Shown here in pieces: positions 58,827 through 64,000 of a stretch of DNA of 64,000 nucleotides. The position numbers and the translations under genes are program-made. Within the stretch, counting starts at the first letter, position 1. Each line of letters opens with the position of its first letter. Under the pieces are notes generated by a model. It ran no database searches and was not told the DNA's origin. It saw only the letters and a program-made list of their open reading frames with translations. The stretch comes from an uncultured Chitinophagales bacterium (GTDB lineage: Bacteria > Bacteroidota > Bacteroidia > Chitinophagales > UBA8649), in the NCBI GenBank assembly GCA_963932515.1, contig CAWVRT010000006.1:9305-73304 (forward strand). Reading direction: 5' to 3'.

Positions 58827-58853
58827 AAAAAAAGCACCACATTAGAGAGGTGC
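58827..58853 (-). terminator. Rho-independent terminator after pckA, abutting the rsmE start codon
   Basis: The minus strand reads AAGCACC-TCTCTAATGT-GGTGCTT followed by TTTTT, then ATG. Confidence 0.6.
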
Positions 58854-58854
58854 T

Positions 58855-58862
58855 TCAAATTT
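58855..58862 (-). promoter_or_regulatory. Candidate -7 box TAAATTTG for rsmE, immediately upstream of the pckA terminator hairpin
   Basis: Exact TAnnTTTG on the minus strand. Its 3' G lies 1 nt from the hairpin's 5' arm. Confidence 0.35.
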
Positions 58863-58948
58863 ACATCATTTATATTTCTAATCAAATTTTAAAACTGAAA
58901 AGACAATATTGCTCTTTACTAGATAATGAGTTTTAATAGCTAAATAAC

Positions 58949-60550
58949 TTAGGCTACAGGTGCTGCCTCTAAAATTTCTTTATTGGCTTCAGAAGCAAAC
59001 TGTTCGAAATTTCTTCTAAACTCTTTCGCTAATTTTGTCGCAGTTTGATCATATGCATCCTTGTCTTCCCAAGTATTTTTTGGATTTAACATTTCTGAAG
59101 GAACTCCATCACATTCTGTAGGAATTTGCACTTTAAAAATTGGGTGTGTTTCATAAGAAACATTTTCTAACTTTCCTTCTAATGCAGAAGTAACTAAAGC
59201 TCTAGTATGTGGCAAACTCATTCTTTTACCAACCCCATAAACACCACCAGAAAGACCTGTATTTACCAACCAAACTTTTACATTATTTTCTTTAATTTTC
59301 TTACCTAACATCTCTGCATATTTTGTAGGATGTAATGGTAAAAATGGCGAACCATAACAAGCAGAAAAAGCTGTTTGTGGCTCAGTTATACCAGCTTCAG
59401 TACCAGCTACTTTTGAAGTATACCCCGATATAAATTGGTACATTGCCTGCCCTTCATCTAATCTTGATATCGGAGGCAGAACACCAAACGCATCATAAGT
59501 TAAGAAAAATATATTTGTTGGCGAATTTCCTATTGAAGGATTTGCTATGTTTTCTATATGATAAATTGGGTAAGAAACTCTCGTGTTTTGTGTGATAGAG
59601 GTATCAAAATAATCTGGTGTATTTGTCCCTTTTTTAAAGCCAATATTTTCTAGAATAGCTCCTTTTTTAATTGCATTAAAAATGTCTGGCTCTTTTTCCG
59701 ATGAAAGATCAATCACTTTAGCATAACAACCACCTTCAAAATTAAAGACTGAATCATCATTCCAACCATGCTCATCGTCTCCAATCAATTCTCTATTTGG
59801 ATCTGCTGATAAAGTTGTTTTTCCTGTTCCACTTAAACCAAAGAATAAGGCAGTATCACCAGATTTACCCGTATTTGCTGAACAATGCATCGCTAATACA
59901 TTTCTTTCTTGTGGTAAAATATAATTTAACACAGAGAAAATTCCTTTCTTAATTTCACCAGTATAACCAGTTCCGCCAATTAAAATTTGTTTTTTACTGA
60001 AATTAATTACAGCAAAATTATGTTGTCTAGTTCCATCTTCTTTTGCATTTGCCATAAAAGTTGGAGCTTGTAAAATAGTCCATTCTGGTTCAAAAGTTGC
60101 TACTTCTTCTTCCGTTAACCTATTAAACATATTATGAGCAAACATATTTGACCAAGGCATTTCAGAAACTAACCTTAAGTTTAATCTATAATCTGAATGA
60201 GCACATGCATAAGCATCTCTTACATACAAATCTTTATTTTCTAAATAAGTACTTACTTTTTTAAATAAAGCATTAAACTTATCTGCAGGAAAAGGCATAT
60301 TTATATCATTCCAATCTACTGTATTTTCAGTAACAGTATCTTTTACAATAAACCTATCTTTTGGAGATCTCCCGGTAAATTCACCAGTATTGATGACTAC
60401 AGCACCAGAATCTGCAATAATCCCAAGTTTTAAATCAATGATTTTATTCTCTAATTCATCAGAACTCAAATTCCAATATTCATCTCCTGAAGTGTTTATA
60501 TTTAAATCATTTAAACTTGCACTTGAATTTTTACTGCCTTTAATAGCCAT
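58949..60550 (-). CDS. pckA: Phosphoenolpyruvate carboxykinase (ATP)
   Basis: 533 aa. Kinase-1a motif FFGLSGTGKTTLS and IGDDEHGW. Confidence 0.95.
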   Translation of the reverse strand: MAIKGSKNSSASLNDLNINTSGDEYWNLSSDELENKIIDLKLGIIADSGAVVINTGEFTGRSPKDRFIVKDTVTENTVDWNDINMPFPADKFNALFKKVSTYLENKDLYVRDAYACAHSDYRLNLRLVSEMPWSNMFAHNMFNRLTEEEVATFEPEWTILQAPTFMANAKEDGTRQHNFAVINFSKKQILIGGTGYTGEIKKGIFSVLNYILPQERNVLAMHCSANTGKSGDTALFFGLSGTGKTTLSADPNRELIGDDEHGWNDDSVFNFEGGCYAKVIDLSSEKEPDIFNAIKKGAILENIGFKKGTNTPDYFDTSITQNTRVSYPIYHIENIANPSIGNSPTNIFFLTYDAFGVLPPISRLDEGQAMYQFISGYTSKVAGTEAGITEPQTAFSACYGSPFLPLHPTKYAEMLGKKIKENNVKVWLVNTGLSGGVYGVGKRMSLPHTRALVTSALEGKLENVSYETHPIFKVQIPTECDGVPSEMLNPKNTWEDKDAYDQTATKLAKEFRRNFEQFASEANKEILEAAPVA

Positions 60551-60590
60551 ACTTAAAACTTTGTAATATTAACAAATTGGTTTAATTCTG

Positions 60591-60598
60591 CAAATTTA
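60591..60598 (-). promoter_or_regulatory. Candidate -7 box TAAATTTG for pckA
   Basis: Exact TAnnTTTG on the minus strand, 41 nt upstream of the ATG. Confidence 0.45.
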
Positions 60599-60658
60599 AT
60601 GTTTATACTTAAACTTCATAAGATTTAATCATTTTTTTCCTGCTTGATTAAATAAGCG

Positions 60659-60666
60659 TACTTTTG
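60659..60666 (+). promoter_or_regulatory. Candidate -7 box TACTTTTG for the pseudouridine synthase gene
   Basis: Exact TAnnTTTG, 9 nt before the ATG at 60675, implying a very short leader. Confidence 0.4.
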
Positions 60667-60674
60667 TTTTTGAA

Positions 60675-61409
60675 ATGGAAGAAGAAAAATTAATACGCCT
60701 AAATAAATATTTAGCCCATGCTGGGATTGGTAACAGAAGAGAATGTGATGATTATATAACTGAAGGATTAGTAACTGTTAACAATATCTTAATTAATAAA
60801 GCAGGAACAAAAATCAAGCTAAATGACATTGTAACTTATAAAGGAGAAGTTGTAGCAGCTGAAAAAAAAGTTTATGTTTTATTAAACAAACCAAAAAATA
60901 TTTCTTCATTTAAAACTGATGAACAAGAAATAAAATCCATCTACTATTTAACGCATGCTTTTTCGGAAAAACTTAAATTTGGCTACACTCCCAGAATTAA
61001 ACCTATCGATATTTTAGACATTGATGAAAGAGGCTTGATTCTAATGACCAACGATTCAGAATTAGAAAAAAAACTTAGTAAAAACCCTAAAGTTGAAAAG
61101 ATTTATCATTTAAATTTAGATAAAGGACTATTAGAAGAAGATTATGATAAGATTATTAAAGGTTTTAAAGTGGAATCTGGTAGTTTTAAAGTAAAAGAAT
61201 TAGGATTTTTAGATGAAGATAGTTTTACGAACATTGGTATTAAAGTTCAACTAGCTAACAACAAAATATTAATAGATGTTTTTGAATCTTTAGGCTACAA
61301 AATAGACTATTTAGATAGAACTGTTTACAGTGGCTTAACAAAAAGAGATTTACCTAGAGGCAGATGGCGATTTTTAAAACCTGAAGAAGTAATTAAATTA
61401 AAATATTAG
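60675..61409 (+). CDS. Pseudouridine synthase, RsuA/RluB family, with an N-terminal S4 domain
   Basis: S4 motif IRLNKYLAHAGIGNRRECDDYI. Catalytic region ...ILDIDERGLILMTNDSEL, in which the catalytic Asp appears retained but the usual GRLD is degenerate. Confidence 0.75.
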   Translation: MEEEKLIRLNKYLAHAGIGNRRECDDYITEGLVTVNNILINKAGTKIKLNDIVTYKGEVVAAEKKVYVLLNKPKNISSFKTDEQEIKSIYYLTHAFSEKLKFGYTPRIKPIDILDIDERGLILMTNDSELEKKLSKNPKVEKIYHLNLDKGLLEEDYDKIIKGFKVESGSFKVKELGFLDEDSFTNIGIKVQLANNKILIDVFESLGYKIDYLDRTVYSGLTKRDLPRGRWRFLKPEEVIKLKY

Positions 61410-61477
61410 TTGTTAAATGAAATTTTCAAGTTATTACAAATTAACAAGTTTTAAGCATACGATTATATCAGTAAGCT

Positions 61478-61485
61478 TACTTTTG
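61478..61485 (+). promoter_or_regulatory. Candidate -7 box TACTTTTG only 4 nt before the only possible start (GTG 61490)
   Basis: Exact TAnnTTTG. An in-frame TGA at 61487-61489 forbids any earlier start. Confidence 0.3.
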
Positions 61486-61489
61486 CTGA

Positions 61490-62050
61490 GTGAAAAGTAT
61501 TATTTCATTCATAGCAACTTTATTTGTCTTTGTTTTACCCTCTTTTGGACAAGACGCTATTATCTTTCATGGTAAAGTTTTAAGTAGTAAAGGCTTTGTT
61601 TTTAATGCTACTATTAATAATAAAAAAACTAAAAGAGGAACAGTTTCTAGTATTGATGGTGATTTCACACTTTTTGTTCTAGAAAATGATACCATCTCTT
61701 TTTCATGCATTGGCTATAAACCATTTACACATATAATTCCAGATTCTTTAAATAGCAGATCCTATAGAGTCCTTATTTCTATGGTAGAAGATACTGTTTT
61801 ACTAAAAGAAACTATTATAACCCCTTGGCCCATTAATAAAACGGCATTAAAAAGAGCTTTTTTAGACGAAAAAAACAAGGAAAAAGAAGTAATAGCTTCT
61901 TATGCTGGATTTAGAGAAATAGACGGACCTCAACGAGAACCGCCTCCTACAATTTTCAATCCAATTTCTTTTATTGCTAACATCTTTAGTAAAAAAAGAA
62001 TTCAGCAAAAAAAAATGGACAAAATTCGTAGAAAACTACAGGAAGATTAG
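61490..62050 (+). CDS. Carboxypeptidase-regulatory-like domain protein (secreted)
   Basis: Signal peptide, then FHGKVLSSKGFVFNATI...GTVSSIDGDFTLFVLENDTISFSCIGYKP, which fits the CarboxypepD_reg pattern. GTG start. Confidence 0.55.
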   Translation: MKSIISFIATLFVFVLPSFGQDAIIFHGKVLSSKGFVFNATINNKKTKRGTVSSIDGDFTLFVLENDTISFSCIGYKPFTHIIPDSLNSRSYRVLISMVEDTVLLKETIITPWPINKTALKRAFLDEKNKEKEVIASYAGFREIDGPQREPPPTIFNPISFIANIFSKKRIQQKKMDKIRRKLQED

Positions 62051-62131
62051 TTTAAACTCAATTTAATTAAACCTTTCAACCATGTTAATATTTAAATAAT
62101 ATCTTTCCTGTTCTTCTATTATTGCTTTAGT

Positions 62132-62139
62132 TAATTTTG
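62132..62139 (+). promoter_or_regulatory. Candidate -7 box TAATTTTG for serA
   Basis: Exact TAnnTTTG, 25 nt before the ATG at 62164. Confidence 0.45.
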
Positions 62140-62163
62140 CCGTCTTAAAATTCAACATAACTT

Positions 62164-63396
62164 ATGTCAGTAACACCATCTTTCCCCAGAGAACAAATAA
62201 AAATACTTTTATTAGAGAATATTAGCCCCAAGGCGGTAGAAACTTTTCACAAGGCTGGCTATACTAATGTAGAACTTTTAAAAAGTGCATTAAATGAAGA
62301 AAAACTTTTAGAAAAGTTAGAAGACGTACATATTGTAGGCGTAAGATCTAAAACACAACTTATTGAAAATGTTTTACGAAAAGCACCTAAATTATTAGCT
62401 GCTGGTTGCTTTTGTATAGGCACCAACCAAGTAAACTTAAATGTTGCCGGTGAAGAAGGAATAGCTGTTTTCAACTCTCCTTTTAGCAATACGCGTTCTG
62501 TCGCTGAGTTAATAATTGCTTCATGTATTATGCTCATCAGAAAAGTTCCTTATAAAAGTAGAGCAGCTCATGCAGGAATTTGGCTAAAAGACAATATTGA
62601 ATCTTATGAAGTAAGAGGGAAAAAAATAGGTATAGTTGGTTATGGTCATATTGGCTCGCAAGTTTCTATAATGGCGGAAGCTTTAGGAATGCAAGTATAT
62701 TATTATGACGTTGAAACTAAATTACCTTTAGGAAATGCGCAAAGTGTTGAAAGCATGAATGAGCTAATCGAAATTTCAGATTTTGTAACACTTCACGTAC
62801 CAGGAACACCTGAAACTAAAAATTTAGTCAACAAAGAGGTAATTCAAAAATTCAGAAAAGGACAATATTTATTGAATCTAAGCAGAGGAAATGTTGTAGA
62901 TATTCATGCCTTAAAAGAATCAATAGAAAATGAAATTATTGCAGGTTGTGCGGTAGATGTTTTCCCCAAAGAACCCAAAGAAAAAGGAGAGAAATTTGTT
63001 TCCCCTTTACAAGGTTTAAACAATGTAATTTTAACACCACACATTGGTGGTTCTACAGAAGAAGCACAATGGAATATTGGAATTGACACGGCAACAAAAC
63101 TAATTCGTTTCCTAGAAACTGGCGCTACATTGGGTTCTCATTCTATTCCAGAATTAAGCTTGCCAAAAGTAAAAGGTACACATAGAATTCTACATATTCA
63201 CAAAAACAAACCGGGTATTCTTTCAGAAATAAACAATAAAATTTCTGCTATAAAAGTAAATATTTTAGGTCAATTTTTAAAGACCGATGAAAAAATTGGC
63301 TATGTAGTTTTAGATGTTCCAAAAGAAGATTCTGAAAGAGTTTATGGTGCTATAAAAGACATTGATAACACAATAAAGGTTAGATTGCTTTATTAA
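62164..63396 (+). CDS. serA: D-3-phosphoglycerate dehydrogenase (410-aa type with a C-terminal ACT domain)
   Basis: GIVGYGHIGSQV NAD motif, catalytic LTPHIGGST, and an ACT-like C-terminus. Confidence 0.85.
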   Translation: MSVTPSFPREQIKILLLENISPKAVETFHKAGYTNVELLKSALNEEKLLEKLEDVHIVGVRSKTQLIENVLRKAPKLLAAGCFCIGTNQVNLNVAGEEGIAVFNSPFSNTRSVAELIIASCIMLIRKVPYKSRAAHAGIWLKDNIESYEVRGKKIGIVGYGHIGSQVSIMAEALGMQVYYYDVETKLPLGNAQSVESMNELIEISDFVTLHVPGTPETKNLVNKEVIQKFRKGQYLLNLSRGNVVDIHALKESIENEIIAGCAVDVFPKEPKEKGEKFVSPLQGLNNVILTPHIGGSTEEAQWNIGIDTATKLIRFLETGATLGSHSIPELSLPKVKGTHRILHIHKNKPGILSEINNKISAIKVNILGQFLKTDEKIGYVVLDVPKEDSERVYGAIKDIDNTIKVRLLY

Positions 63397-63446
63397 AACA
63401 GCGTAAGACTGATTCGCTAAGTTGTACTTGACGCAACTATATTTAA

Positions 63447-64000
63447 ATGAAGAAAGGAAAAAATACATATCATGCAATTGGTGTGATGTCTGGCAGCTCT
63501 CTGGATGGATTAGATGTGGTTTATTGTCGTTTTTGTTTTGATAAAACTTGGTCTTTTAAAATTATTCACACCAAAGATTATAGTATAAAGTGCTGGGAAG
63601 ATAAATTGAAAAATGCTAGAAATTTAAGTCCTGAAAAATTAGACTTATTAGACCTGGCATTTGGTGGATTTGTTGGAGAAAAAGTATCTGAATTTATTAA
63701 AGAATTTGAAATAAATAAATTGGATATTGTTGCCTCTCACGGACATACAGTTTATCATTTCCCAGAAAAAGGTATTAGCAAACAAATTGGCTTAGGGAAA
63801 CAGATTTTTCAGAAAATAAAAATTCCTGTTCTAAGTAATTTACGTCAAAAAGATATTGACTTAGGCGGAAGTGGTGCGCCTATTGTTCCTATTGGAGACC
63901 ACCACCTATTTAACAAGTATAAATACTGCTTAAATATTGGTGGCATTGCTAATATTAGTATGAAAAATGAAAATGAAATCATTGCTTTTGATATTTGTTC
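63447..64000 (+). CDS. anmK: Anhydro-N-acetylmuramic acid kinase (5' part, runs off the window)
   Basis: My own translation from the ATG at 63447: MKKGKNTYHAIGVMSGSSLDGLDVVYC...DLGGSGAPIVPIGD...CLNIGGIANIS. The frame is open to the window end. Confidence 0.8.
   Translation, partial: MKKGKNTYHAIGVMSGSSLDGLDVVYCRFCFDKTWSFKIIHTKDYSIKCWEDKLKNARNLSPEKLDLLDLAFGGFVGEKVSEFIKEFEINKLDIVASHGHTVYHFPEKGISKQIGLGKQIFQKIKIPVLSNLRQKDIDLGGSGAPIVPIGDHHLFNKYKYCLNIGGIANISMKNENEIIAFDIC

Noticed and set aside
1-64000. Search for parS (TGTTNCACGTGAAACA-like), CRISPR repeats, IS inverted repeats and riboswitch-like GC-rich leaders
   Set aside because: I could recognise none by eye. The scan was manual, so weak or degenerate copies could have been missed.

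Overview
The window looks like low-GC Bacteroidota chromosome, of Flavobacteriia type. The evidence is a T9SS C-terminal sorting domain, recurrent TAnnTTTG -7 promoter boxes, and the gene order parA-parB-DUF5683-dapB.

It is almost entirely core housekeeping DNA:
- A complete, tightly packed dcw division and cell-wall cluster lies on the minus strand at 14290-29889: mraZ-rsmH-ftsL-ftsI-murE-mraY-murD-ftsW-murG-murC-ftsQ-ftsA-ftsZ.
- Also present are parAB, dapB, prs-rplY-pth behind a tRNA-Gln, secA, purD, fumC, pckA, serA and anmK (partial).
- A small ZIP transporter plus DtxR/MntR-like regulator operon sits at the left end.

I found no transposase, integrase, CRISPR array, phage genes or recognisable defence system, and I cannot honestly claim a clear novel multi-gene system.

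The parts least explained by standard annotation are:
1. The 340-bp mraZ upstream region. It has four exactly 10-bp-phased GTG(G/T) repeats (probable MraZ operator), followed by a cluster of DnaA-box-like 9-mers.
2. A translationally coupled pair of secreted VWA-domain paralogs (31588-34313).
3. A 1097-aa DUF2723 (TMEM260-like) membrane protein coupled to a zinc-ribbon SAM methyltransferase (36210-40388).
4. A 1328-aa T9SS adhesin with SprB-type repeats and an internally duplicated N-terminal region.
5. A decayed sulfotransferase remnant downstream of secA.
6. Several small regulatory curiosities: twin identical promoters around tRNA-Gln, two terminators with identical stems, and a promoter embedded in a terminator.

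Several starts in the ORF track are over-extended or non-ATG, and I corrected those I could check (mntR-like, dapB, ftsZ, murE). All family calls rest on motifs I recognise by eye. No database search was run.
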